Positions 8,208-17,952 are shown, numbered from the stretch's first letter. The stretch: DNA of 64,000 bases from Cenarchaeum sp. (GCA_965212015.1 OZ243037.1:320001-384000), one strand, 5' to 3'. A program made the numbers and translations. The notes: generated by a model not told the origin, from the sequence alone.

Positions 8208-10155
8208 TGGTTTGGTATACCTTCTTTAGATATTCTATAGTTTGCTTATAGTCCAAGTTAAATTCTTTTAAATTCATATTGTCTGATTCGGGATTTATTT
8301 CTAGTGACTGTAACATATCGTCCTGTAAAGCATCTAGCATATCCCTCCATTTTTCATTAAGCCTTCTATTTATAACTTCATCTATAGTGTTTTTTGCTAT
8401 TATCAAATGATAATTAACCTCTACAGATCTATTCATGCCTATTCTGTGTATTCTGTCCATTGACTGCATATATTGAGCCCCATTAAAGTTCCTGTCTAGG
8501 TATATTGCATGGTTACAAATAGTTTCTCCTCTTAAATTCTTGTGCAAGGAGACTGATTCCCCTAAAGACGCAGGTGATGCTATTAAAATTTTAAATTCTG
8601 GTTTATTTTTGAAATTTTTAATAAGTTCATCTCTATTCCCAGATTCGGATGTGTCTCGTGTTACCTTTCCGTTGATTACTACTGGATTAAATTCCCGTAG
8701 CAGATTTTCAAAAATATACATGTTGTGAATGAATGAATTCCATATGATCACTTTGTGTCCTTTATTGACCAAATCTTTGGCCAAAGCAATTGCTTTTGCA
8801 ATCTTTGTCGGGAGTTCGTACTCTGTATAATTCTTGATTTGATCTATCAACGATGTGGAAATTTCAGGTAATTTATCTATTTTACATTCAAAACCAAATT
8901 CTTCAGAAAACGTATCCTTATCGATGCCAAAATCAAGTGATTTTTCTTGCAAAAGAGTAGGATTTGAAGCAGTTTGGAGCAATCTGACCATTTTTGCCAT
9001 TCTGAATTTTTGTAATTGTCCCTGATCGTGTATGGACAATGCATCATGTTCTTGAAGAGTTTTTGCAGCTATTGCATCGTAAATATCTTGTTGCACCTTG
9101 CCTAATGGTACTGGTATGGGATCCCATTTGGGCTCTGGAAGCTGTAAATCATCTTTCTTTATCCTGCAAAACAGGCTATTCAAAACAGGCTGATATTTTC
9201 CTATCCCTGATTTTTTTGCATAATTGTTATAAATCATTTGATTATCCAGTGGATAGTTGTTTGGCCATAGAAACGTGATTTGAGTCCAGAGGTCTTTTGC
9301 GTTATTAGGCATGGGTGTCCCCGACAGAACAATCCTTCGTGTTGCATATGGTGCAACATTGAGTGCGGTAGATGCCCATCTTCGCAGATCTGGGCTTTTG
9401 ATGTTATGGGATTCGTCTATGATCAATACAGTCTTCCACCTCTGCATGAACTGTTTTAGTTCATGTTGACGATTCATGGCGGTATTGAAATGCATTAGAA
9501 ACAAATCAAATGATTCACCAAACAAGTGGAATTTGTTTGAAATATCTCCTGTAATTCTCAGGGATTTTACACTATTGCCAAAACAACTTTGATACTCTTC
9601 CTCCCAGGGGAGAAATGAAGCAGTCGGTCCGATCACCAGGATCTTTTCCACCTTTTTGTCATCCTGCCATCTGGAAATGGCTGCATACGTGATGGTGGTC
9701 TTGCCACTTCCGGGAACGGAAAAATTAGCCGCGTTACCCAGGGTAATCATGTGTTCTACGGACTCATTTTGGTATTCCATGAGTTTTCTCTTAAACGAAT
9801 CAGATATGTTGGGAAAATGCTCTGTTTTGTTCTTGATCATCTCGCCGGCATTTTTTGCATCCTCAAACGATGTATCGGTACGCTTTATTGTATCCATTTT
9901 GTCCATAATGGCATTGCATAAATCTACGTTTTCTTTGCCAAACTCTTTGACGAAATAAGTAACCGTCCATTTCAGGATTTTTCCAAATTTTACTAGATCA
10001 GAGTTATTATAAACATAGATGTCGCCGTCCTCGTCATAACCCCCTACACGAAGAGTATCTCGAATTTTATAATCAATCGCGTAATCATCCGTAGGATGAA
10101 ATTTAACCGTTATTTTATTTTGTTCATCGATACATATATTGTGCAATTCCATCAA
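8188..10155 (-). CDS. SNF2-family (SF2) helicase/translocase
   Basis: LMEYQ, PGSGKT, LIIDESHNIK, VLSGTPMPN, QSMDRIHRIG motifs. Confidence 0.92.
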   Translation of the reverse strand: MMELHNICIDEQNKITVKFHPTDDYAIDYKIRDTLRVGGYDEDGDIYVYNNSDLVKFGKILKWTVTYFVKEFGKENVDLCNAIMDKMDTIKRTDTSFEDAKNAGEMIKNKTEHFPNISDSFKRKLMEYQNESVEHMITLGNAANFSVPGSGKTTITYAAISRWQDDKKVEKILVIGPTASFLPWEEEYQSCFGNSVKSLRITGDISNKFHLFGESFDLFLMHFNTAMNRQHELKQFMQRWKTVLIIDESHNIKSPDLRRWASTALNVAPYATRRIVLSGTPMPNNAKDLWTQITFLWPNNYPLDNQMIYNNYAKKSGIGKYQPVLNSLFCRIKKDDLQLPEPKWDPIPVPLGKVQQDIYDAIAAKTLQEHDALSIHDQGQLQKFRMAKMVRLLQTASNPTLLQEKSLDFGIDKDTFSEEFGFECKIDKLPEISTSLIDQIKNYTEYELPTKIAKAIALAKDLVNKGHKVIIWNSFIHNMYIFENLLREFNPVVINGKVTRDTSESGNRDELIKNFKNKPEFKILIASPASLGESVSLHKNLRGETICNHAIYLDRNFNGAQYMQSMDRIHRIGMNRSVEVNYHLIIAKNTIDEVINRRLNEKWRDMLDALQDDMLQSLEINPESDNMNLKEFNLDYKQTIEYLKKVYQTNESDHS

Positions 10156-11378
10156 ACCTCAAATTTTTTCATTAATTTTTCCACGTGTGATGAAATTTTT
10201 TTTATTAAAGATATCGCTTCTGAAGGAAGCTCTGTAATAGGATCATCTATTAAAGGACGAAGATTTTTTTCCGCACGGCTTAGTAGAAGCAATTCCTTTC
10301 CCTCATTATTACTGACATCTAATATGTCTTTGGCGTTAATAAAATGTGCATAAGTTTCAGAAAAATCACGATTTTTTGTTTCAAATTCATCCATTATGGC
10401 GTGTGTATCCTTTTCAATTGTTTCCTGAAGATTTGGTTCTTGCGAGTCCTTTGGTTTTAATTTAGAACCAGCATCTACGATCTCAGTTATGGCATCTCGA
10501 AGGTTTTTCAGCACCATATCGTTGATTCTGCGAAGTTCCAAGTGCTGAATGTCTTCATGGATCAACTGAAATGCAACATATTTTATCTTGGTGATTTGAT
10601 CTGGATCATAGTCGCTTTTTTCACATGATAAAATTATTTGTCTGAGGTTGATAAAATGCTCGACCCTATTTTTTACATTCGAATATTTTTGTGGTGTTCC
10701 CATAAATTTGAGATATTGTTCAAGCAAATCCAATAGTATGAGTTTCTTTGCTATGTCTTCTTCCTCATAACCATAAAGTGTACTCGCGATTGTCTTTATG
10801 CTCAATCCGGCTTGCGTTCCTTCGCGTATCTTTAAAAGCTCGTTGACGGGACCATATTTGATAATCTCATCTTTGCCTAATTGTATCCCTGCTTCTAGCT
10901 TCCATAGATCCTCTGGGGATATGGACTCCTCTAATCTTGCCACATCCAGATATTTCCATTTCTGTTCTCCTGTTTCATCATGTAGGTATGATATTATTGA
11001 CATTCTCCTATTTCCATCAATGACATAACCGTCCTGTGTGATTATTCCATAGTTCCATTGCCCTCGAATTCTGAGATCGTCCTTGGTCCTGTCCGTCTCT
11101 ATTTTATCCAAGCCCAACAAAAGATTTTTTATCTTGACTGCGTCTTTTGGGTTTTCAGGGTTGAGGGAACCGCCTTCATGTTTTTCAAGCTCCTTGTATT
11201 CTGCTGCAAATCGACCGTTCCGAATATTGTAAAATAGCATGTCGATTGGCAGTCTGTACACGTATAGTTCTTTTCTTGTTCCATGTATGGATATCGGGAA
11301 AGAACCGCTGAGTTTGGAGTTTGGATATTTTTCGACATATTCGTCAATACGGGCCTTGTTGTTGGAATTCAGCTCCAT
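10152..11378 (-). CDS. ParB/Srx-like N-terminal domain protein (paralogue B)
   Basis: LFYNIRNGRF...GQWNYGIITQDGYVIDGNRR; ParB arginine patch. Confidence 0.8.
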   Translation of the reverse strand: MELNSNNKARIDEYVEKYPNSKLSGSFPISIHGTRKELYVYRLPIDMLFYNIRNGRFAAEYKELEKHEGGSLNPENPKDAVKIKNLLLGLDKIETDRTKDDLRIRGQWNYGIITQDGYVIDGNRRMSIISYLHDETGEQKWKYLDVARLEESISPEDLWKLEAGIQLGKDEIIKYGPVNELLKIREGTQAGLSIKTIASTLYGYEEEDIAKKLILLDLLEQYLKFMGTPQKYSNVKNRVEHFINLRQIILSCEKSDYDPDQITKIKYVAFQLIHEDIQHLELRRINDMVLKNLRDAITEIVDAGSKLKPKDSQEPNLQETIEKDTHAIMDEFETKNRDFSETYAHFINAKDILDVSNNEGKELLLLSRAEKNLRPLIDDPITELPSEAISLIKKISSHVEKLMKKFEV

Positions 11379-11472
11379 GTGTTACTATACTTTCTATGGC
11401 TTTAAAACGATTTTGCTGTATTTTCACAGAATTGCCGGCTTATTATCCAATAAATGCCCCATATGGCCAAGA

Positions 11473-12666
11473 TTACTGTAAACGGCCAAGTGCATTTTGA
11501 ACCTTTGTGATCAGATCACTGATCGCTGGGCTGCTCATATCACAACTCTCAATGTCGATATTCTCCAGGTTTTTTAATGCACGTTGGAGCAGTTTTTCTG
11601 GCTGTTGTGCCTCAGAACGTGCCTTTAATGAATCCATGCAGTTGTTAAATACGATTCTGGCATCCGTATATTCATCTTTTTTTTCAGCCTCGACTTTCTT
11701 TGCATCTTTTATGGCCAGAGGTTCTGGCATGCAGTATTTTTCCGCTGTCCATAATTCATTTCTTACAGCATCGGTCTTTAGTATCTCTTTGAGTTTTCTG
11801 AAATCTCTTGCGTGCACACCGTCATGAATTAGTTGAAAACCTATGCGTTTTGCTCGTTCCATTTTATCAGGATCAGGATCTAGCTTGTCAAATTCGGATA
11901 GGATTTTTCTTAAATCTATAAAATGTTCATGTATGCCCTTTGCTCGGTTAAAAACTCCCGGATCTTGTATAAAATGCAAGTATTCTGCAATGAGTTTAAA
12001 TTCTTCGAGTTTTGCCAAAATATCTTTTTCGCTGAAACCTCCAAAGAGCTCATTAGCTATCTCTTTGGGACTTAGATCTGCGTCAAATCCTTCCTTGAAT
12101 TTTAACAATTCATTGATAGGTCCATAATGTAGTTGTGGACTGCGGGACAATTGTATGCCAGCTTCAATTTTCCACAAATCTTGAGATGTAACGTTCGGAG
12201 GCAATCTTGCAACTTCAATAAAGTTAAACTCGGAACGGCCGTGAACGGATACCAAGCTAGACAAGACAGCACGTCTTCTATTTCCGTTTATGACATATCC
12301 GTCATGTGTGATTATTCCTGGCTCTCTTTGACCTTTCTGTAGTACATCTTCCTCCAGTATCTTGCTTTGCTTGAGATCAATTTCTAACAAAAGATCTTGG
12401 ATTTTTTTGGAATCTTCTGGTTTTGTTGTATCAAGCTCGCGTTTTTCTAATTTTTTGAGATCAGCATATTCTGCTGCAAATCTTCCGTTTTTAATGTTAT
12501 AAAATGTGAGATTTAATGGTATTCTATAGGTTTTCAAATCCGTCATTTTTCCATGTAGTTTTTGTGTAATGTCTTTTTGCATCTTGCAGTCTGGATTATC
12601 CTGAATATATCGATCAATTTTTTCGGCATTCTGGGCATTATATGACATATTGCTGATCATCAACAT
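11473..12666 (-). CDS. ParB/Srx-like N-terminal domain protein (paralogue A)
   Basis: TFYNIKNGRF...GQREPGIITHDGYVINGNRRR; collinear with 10152..11378. Confidence 0.8.
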   Translation of the reverse strand: MLMISNMSYNAQNAEKIDRYIQDNPDCKMQKDITQKLHGKMTDLKTYRIPLNLTFYNIKNGRFAAEYADLKKLEKRELDTTKPEDSKKIQDLLLEIDLKQSKILEEDVLQKGQREPGIITHDGYVINGNRRRAVLSSLVSVHGRSEFNFIEVARLPPNVTSQDLWKIEAGIQLSRSPQLHYGPINELLKFKEGFDADLSPKEIANELFGGFSEKDILAKLEEFKLIAEYLHFIQDPGVFNRAKGIHEHFIDLRKILSEFDKLDPDPDKMERAKRIGFQLIHDGVHARDFRKLKEILKTDAVRNELWTAEKYCMPEPLAIKDAKKVEAEKKDEYTDARIVFNNCMDSLKARSEAQQPEKLLQRALKNLENIDIESCDMSSPAISDLITKVQNALGRLQ

Positions 12667-12704
12667 CAGAGAATTATAAACTTATCAGTCATTTTGGATG
12701 ATCT

Positions 12705-14900
12705 CTATGCTTTTTGCTGCTCCAATTTGGAGGATCTGCATTTTTTACATTGGGATTGCCGTCTTAGGGAGAATTTATCCTTCTTGGACATTTGCCTATA
12801 TCCGAACAGCTCTTCTATTTTTTTTAGGGTCTGTGCAGAACAGCCACAATTGGGGCACGTTGCCTCAGAACCATCCACATTGGCATATCTTAGTCTGCGT
12901 AAATATACGTCCATTTTGTGTTCTATGACTGTCAACATAAATCTGGTATTCTTTGCCGTTAATTTGGTATTTGTTGATAAAAGTTTCTTTACGGATTCGT
13001 TCAACACCAACACCAGATGATCGCATAATCCCTGAGTCTTGCTCATATTTACCCACGAAAAACAGGTGCAAGAAAATAGATTGTTTGTGGAATACTTGAT
13101 CAAATGTCGATCAACCCTTTCAAAATCTATTTTTGCATTTGAAAACCCATGTATCTCTGACATGATTTGTATTGGTGAGATTTTGACATCAGGCATGATT
13201 GCTATCCGTGATGAAGTTGTTGATCCTTCCACAATCACCGATCTAAAGATTTCATCTTTAGAAATCTGGTAAAGTTTTTTTAAAAATTCAAAATATCTGC
13301 TAGAATGATCTGTGAATTGTTCTATGGGCACATCCAGGGTGATTTCATCTAGCGATCCAATGAACTGAACATCGTTTTTCATGTTGGGTAACAACACTAT
13401 GTCTGCCATGCCTGATTCGTAATTTACAGAATTGATCTTTGCTATAGTACCACTGTGTAATCCATGTCTGATGATTACTACGGAACCTCGTCTTGACGGA
13501 ATTATTGGTGTAATCATGCACCATTCCTTCAATTCATTTTCCGAGATCAATTGGATTGTCTTGTCATTATTCAACAATCTTTGGGTAATGCTGTCTATGG
13601 CTACGAATGATATGACAAAGCCCTGCTCTCCCCGCCCTCGATTTTTTAGTTTGAGACTGAGATCAGATAGTTTGTCCATACTGAGATTTTCGTCGGTCAT
13701 TACCTTGACATATATTATGTTTGATCGTATTTCAAGGCCTAAATTCTGAATTAATGCCTCCTGTTCCTTGGTAAATTTGTAGTTGGACAGATCCACCACA
13801 AAATCAAATTCATCCAATTCGTTTGGAGGATGTGACATCATTGGCGAATTTGTCAGAATCATCCCCGCAATTCTTGTTACTTGATCGTCCTGATCCTCAA
13901 AATTTCCTTTATCCAGATGTTTCAATTCCTGTATAAAGGCTTCTGGGGTTATTTTTCGACCAAAAAACTCCTGATTTTTTTTAGGTTTGCGAGAGTTTGT
14001 AACCATTATTTTCTGATAATGCTTTAATGTAAAATATTCGTCATATGAAGGCCTAAACTTCCAGTATCCTTCTTTTTTGATGATCTTATTATTGACTGAC
14101 AACTCGTGCAGGGATATCTGAAATAGGGTTTCGGGCATAAGCGCTAGAATCGGAATCTTGACCTTGATGATCGACTGTAGATCCTGATATGTTATTCCCT
14201 CTCTGTTGCGTATGGTGTTTAGGATGTAATCCTGTATTTCTAGCTGGTGCTTTTTGAGCCGAAATTTTCCAGAGTCACCGTATTCCAAAAAACCCTTTTC
14301 TTTGAGCTCGTCAAGTATTAAATTTGTCTGATTTTCTATGACATCTTTGCTCTGTATGGCAATTGATGTGTGTGGTGCAAAAACCATCCTTTCAAAATCC
14401 GCTATTGCTCCCGGCATTTCATGCAATATTTTTTTTCCGTCTGTGAAATCATTCACATTCGAATACAGGTAAAATATCACTATGGATCTTAAAACATTAT
14501 GCATGATCTTGTTCTTTATTGTGTGAAGAAATTTTGTCAGGACGACCTGCAGAAATTGGTATCTGTTGGCCAATCTTTTGTTTGTCAGATTTATTTCTCT
14601 GCTCTGCGAGGTTTTTTGTGTAGAGCGTCGCTTTTTTGGAATCTTGAGGACGCTTAAGAGGTTCATATATTCCACGTATCCGGATAAATGAAATTTTTCC
14701 GTGAGTGCCTTGGCATACTCTCCGCCAACATACATCTCTAGAAATTCCGACAGATCTACAAAAGGAAATCTTGCGTCGATCTGTTCCAGGATGGATTTGA
14801 ATTCATTATCGTAGATATCCATTTTTAAACCGTCAATCGCCTGTTGCAGTTTTTCTATCAAAGGATCGGCCTTCTCGAGGAACGACATGGCGTAAAACAC
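12705..14900 (-). CDS. Multidomain protein: wHTH-like regions, restriction-endonuclease(Mrr)-like fold, KOW, SWIM Zn finger, C-terminal Zn ribbon
   Basis: KOW-like GSVVIIRHGLHSGTIAKINSVNYESGMADIVL; SWIM FSCTC...GLCDHL; CPNCG...LFGYR...QSQCKKCR; Mrr-like EFDFVVD...IIYVKV...QGFVISF...IQLISENEL. Confidence 0.6.
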   Translation of the reverse strand: MFYAMSFLEKADPLIEKLQQAIDGLKMDIYDNEFKSILEQIDARFPFVDLSEFLEMYVGGEYAKALTEKFHLSGYVEYMNLLSVLKIPKKRRSTQKTSQSREINLTNKRLANRYQFLQVVLTKFLHTIKNKIMHNVLRSIVIFYLYSNVNDFTDGKKILHEMPGAIADFERMVFAPHTSIAIQSKDVIENQTNLILDELKEKGFLEYGDSGKFRLKKHQLEIQDYILNTIRNREGITYQDLQSIIKVKIPILALMPETLFQISLHELSVNNKIIKKEGYWKFRPSYDEYFTLKHYQKIMVTNSRKPKKNQEFFGRKITPEAFIQELKHLDKGNFEDQDDQVTRIAGMILTNSPMMSHPPNELDEFDFVVDLSNYKFTKEQEALIQNLGLEIRSNIIYVKVMTDENLSMDKLSDLSLKLKNRGRGEQGFVISFVAIDSITQRLLNNDKTIQLISENELKEWCMITPIIPSRRGSVVIIRHGLHSGTIAKINSVNYESGMADIVLLPNMKNDVQFIGSLDEITLDVPIEQFTDHSSRYFEFLKKLYQISKDEIFRSVIVEGSTTSSRIAIMPDVKISPIQIMSEIHGFSNAKIDFERVDRHLIKYSTNNLFSCTCFSWVNMSKTQGLCDHLVLVLNESVKKLLSTNTKLTAKNTRFMLTVIEHKMDVYLRRLRYANVDGSEATCPNCGCSAQTLKKIEELFGYRQMSKKDKFSLRRQSQCKKCRSSKLEQQKA

Positions 14901-15785
14901 CTATGTGTACTGCATGATGTTGGCCATGACAGTCTTTCCTTTCTTCTTTCGTGTAGGTGTTTTTTTAACCTCTGGCTTTTTTAAATCTTGAATTCTCTGG
15001 ATAGCATGATTGTAATATTCCGGTGCTGCCTCCATTCCAACAAAGTGTCTGTCTAGAGACATGGCGGCCACGGCGGTGGTGCCGCTGCCCATGAACGGAT
15101 CAAGCACCACATCGTTTTTGGCCGTAAACAGCTTGATAAACCAGCTTGGGAGCGCCATGGGAAATGCCGCACTGTGCTGGACGTTACTGCACTCGGTGGC
15201 AATGTGTATTACGTTTGTTGGATAAGCTTTGCGCTTGTTGATCCAATTGGAAACATTTTTTCCAAAACCGCTCTCATTCTCTGCCTCGTCTCGCCTCAAG
15301 TCAGTCTCGGACAAATTTGCCAGTCTGGTTTTTGCCCAAGAACCCATCGGGACCTTTACGGAATCCTGGTACATTTTGAACTTTTTCTGTTTGGTAAAGT
15401 GAAGACATCGCTCCCACGCATCCCTGAATCGATTGGGCCATTTTCCGGGATAGCAGTTCTTTTTATGCCAGACATATTCCTCCGTCCACAGCCAGCCCTG
15501 TTTTTTCATTTCTAATATAAGCTCCAGCACATACGTGCCGCGTTCTCCATTTACCGTCCGTTCTTTTATGTTTAACACAAACGATCCGCGGTTCTTTAGA
15601 ACTCGGAACATCTCTTTGGATATGGGAAGAAACCAGTCCACATATTCGTCAATTCCCACGCCTTGATATGCGCCTTTTCTGTTGTCGGCATATGGTGGAG
15701 ACGTAACGATGAGATCGACGGATTTGCCCGGGATTTTTCTCAGCCTCTCCAGACAGTCATCGTTATAGATGACGTCAAGCCTCAC
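14901..15785 (-). CDS. Site-specific DNA methyltransferase, beta class (likely m4C)
   Basis: Motif IV LIVTSPPY precedes motif I VLDPFMGSGTT; HSAAFP. Confidence 0.93.
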   Translation of the reverse strand: MRLDVIYNDDCLERLRKIPGKSVDLIVTSPPYADNRKGAYQGVGIDEYVDWFLPISKEMFRVLKNRGSFVLNIKERTVNGERGTYVLELILEMKKQGWLWTEEYVWHKKNCYPGKWPNRFRDAWERCLHFTKQKKFKMYQDSVKVPMGSWAKTRLANLSETDLRRDEAENESGFGKNVSNWINKRKAYPTNVIHIATECSNVQHSAAFPMALPSWFIKLFTAKNDVVLDPFMGSGTTAVAAMSLDRHFVGMEAAPEYYNHAIQRIQDLKKPEVKKTPTRKKKGKTVMANIMQYT

Positions 15786-16495
15786 GGTGTATCCTCCAAA
15801 ATATCATTCATGATCCCATCAGCATCATTGACATATATCTTTTTTATTTCCTTTTCGAGACTGCCTATCTTTTGCCCCATGACCTGTTTTAGCGATCCCA
15901 CGTCTGGATCGACATAGTTCTTATCTACCTTATAAGCGATTTTTAGGATCTGATCGTAGCAGTTCGGATGTCCCGAGACAAAGTCCCAGAAAGGCCTGCC
16001 TATCAGTACCTGGACATTACGCATGTGTTTTTTGACTATGGAGCCCATCAGATCCTCGTCCCCATAACAGGCTGCAAATATGGGTACGGAGTCGGGCTCG
16101 AGTTCCCTGGTGCGTAAAAGCACCTTTTGGATGCTTTGCGTGACCTGTATGTTGTGATGAGAGGCCGATTTTATTATCATGTTGTAGATTTTGCCATCTC
16201 GGCTTAGCCGTGCAGTTAGACCGGGAAGCGGTTTTTCGTTACAAAACTCCTTGGCGACATTCTGTAATGTGGAGCCAAAACTGGTTACTATGCCGCGTTC
16301 CAATCTCTGCCTTATCAGCCATTCTGCAAGATCATGTGATGTCCGAATTCCCAGTTGGTTGCTTATGGCAGCGATCAGAAATGGGTTGATTTCGATGTCA
16401 CTTACCGGCATGTTCATGAGCGTATTGATCTTGTTATTGAGAAAGTTCTCAAAGTGCATTTGGATGTTTAGGCCGATATTGTTGGGTATTGACAT
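15782..16495 (-). CDS. PmeII/EcoO109I-like type II restriction endonuclease homologue, possibly catalytically degenerate
   Basis: INPFL...LERGIVTSFGSTLQ...IKS...CYG...GRPFWDFVSG pattern; overlaps the MTase start. Confidence 0.7.
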   Translation of the reverse strand: MSIPNNIGLNIQMHFENFLNNKINTLMNMPVSDIEINPFLIAAISNQLGIRTSHDLAEWLIRQRLERGIVTSFGSTLQNVAKEFCNEKPLPGLTARLSRDGKIYNMIIKSASHHNIQVTQSIQKVLLRTRELEPDSVPIFAACYGDEDLMGSIVKKHMRNVQVLIGRPFWDFVSGHPNCYDQILKIAYKVDKNYVDPDVGSLKQVMGQKIGSLEKEIKKIYVNDADGIMNDILEDTP

Positions 16496-16650
16496 TATAT
16501 GTCAATTATGCGTGTCCGTTAAATAGCTGAGCCCAGGAAGCACGCCTGGAATCATCGTTCAGACGGCCAAACAGCAATACGAAAGTTTTGAACTATATCC
16601 ATATGTCATTTATCGGACATTTATAAAGCGTCCAAGCCTCCAAAACATAC

Positions 16651-16941
16651 ATGGACCGTTTGGATAATCCACTAAAAGATGCCGTTTCTGATCCTGATGG
16701 CAGAGGCCTGATTTTTCTGGACAAGCTCACAGAAAAAGAGCTGCTTGCCCTTTTGGTCAAGATAGCTGAAAAGGCAAAGCGAATCAGAAGCAAGCACGAG
16801 CTGCGACACGGAACCCTCATGGACTTGGCAAAAGTGTTGAGAAGGACTTATGACATGAACCTGCATCGCTGGGGCATTGATGATGGAATATCCAGGGAAA
16901 AACTGGATTTTTTTGAACACCAGTTCAAAAACGCCCTCTGA
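16651..16941 (+). CDS. Hypothetical helical protein
   Basis: 96-aa ORF with TATA-like tttataaa at about 16620 upstream. Confidence 0.55.
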   Translation: MDRLDNPLKDAVSDPDGRGLIFLDKLTEKELLALLVKIAEKAKRIRSKHELRHGTLMDLAKVLRRTYDMNLHRWGIDDGISREKLDFFEHQFKNAL

Positions 16942-16946
16942 AAAAA

Positions 16947-17150
16947 TTACCTGAATGCTTTTTTGGACTTGTCGGTACCGTGATATTTGTTGTGGCATTT
17001 TCTGCATAATATCTGAAGGTTTTCCGGATCATTGGTTCCGCCTGCCTCCATAGGTGTTCTGTGATTGATGCTAAGATTGTCTTTTGTCCCGCATTCCTCG
17101 CATTTGGCATCAAGTTTTTTCAAGATTGATCTGTACGGTATCTTTCCCAT
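16947..17150 (-). CDS. Small stand-alone HNH endonuclease
   Basis: CEECG...LSINHRTPMEAGGTNDPENLQILCRKCHNKYH. Confidence 0.88.
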   Translation of the reverse strand: MGKIPYRSILKKLDAKCEECGTKDNLSINHRTPMEAGGTNDPENLQILCRKCHNKYHGTDKSKKAFR

Positions 17151-17620
17151 CGTTGGGCTTATGCTATTCTGCTGTTTAAAGTTTTACCCGCAATCCAGAG
17201 GTGGTTTGTTTACCGTCATGAAATGCAAAAACCCTAGTGAGTTTTGGCGGCAGGATCATGTCATGTCATAAAACATTCTGCACAAAAAACTCTTGATTCC
17301 GGTGGTTTTAATTTGAATCCGTGACCTGCCGCCATCTTCCACATTAGAACGAATTACAATTGATCAACAGGATTAAAAACTCGTAACACAAATAAAAAAA
17401 CACGCCGTAACAAACAACAATATCCTGCAGTGTATGTGCACAAAAAAACTTGCAAACGTGCAACAGTAAACAAAAAACAACGAAACGCAATGTTAAAATA
17501 ACAACTCTTCCATATGGATCACATGGATTGCAAGTACGCAACAACATGGTTGCAAAATTTTTCATGCAAATCCCCGGAGCTCTAAAAATGAACGTCACAA
17601 ATCCCGATAAAACCAAAATG

Positions 17621-17702
17621 CGCCGGGTAAGGGATTCGAACCCCTGAGCGCTTGCGCGCAGCCGTTTTCGAGACGGCCGCCGTACCACTTGGCTAACCCG
17701 GC
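17621..17702 (-). tRNA. tRNA-Ser(CGA)
   Basis: Reverse strand GCCGGGTTAGCCAAGTGGTACGGCG-GCCGT CT CGA AA ACGGC-long variable arm-GGTTCGAATCCC TTACCCGGCG. Confidence 0.97.
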
Positions 17703-17952
17703 ACAAACCCTCCATATCACCCACAAATAAAGAAAAGGCAGCCAGACGGCGCCAGGGTACATACGGCCAAAACAGGCACAAACCGCCCATATGCGGGCAG
17801 GAACTGGATTCGGCCGATAATTCTGCCAAGAGCGATCTGACCTGCAAATCGGCCTAGTTTTGCAATATGGCCAAGATATGCCTGTTTTCTGCCTATATCA
17901 GTTAATAAAAATCAGGGGTTGGGTTATTAAAGAGATCGTCATATTACCGGGC

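Larger units (their letters stand above)
1..17620. mobile_element. Integrated (ICE/plasmid-like) element or genomic island inserted at the 3' end of tRNA-Ser(CGA); left end lies outside the window
   Basis: Block of MGE and defence genes (VirD4/HerA-like ATPase, actin-like ATPase, AbrB, RM, SNF2, ParB-like, HNH) abuts the 3' end of a tRNA gene. 7.2-14.9 kb is visibly more AT-rich than the flanking core genes. No integrase or att duplication is visible inside the window. Confidence 0.75.

Noticed and set aside
10152-12666. ParB-like genes as a classical ParABS partition system
   Set aside because: No ParA is present and the genes are embedded in an SNF2/nuclease/RM operon.
17344-17847. 167-aa ORF spanning tRNA-Ser as a split integrase fragment
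   Set aside because: No tyrosine-recombinase motifs; it reads through the tRNA and low-complexity DNA.
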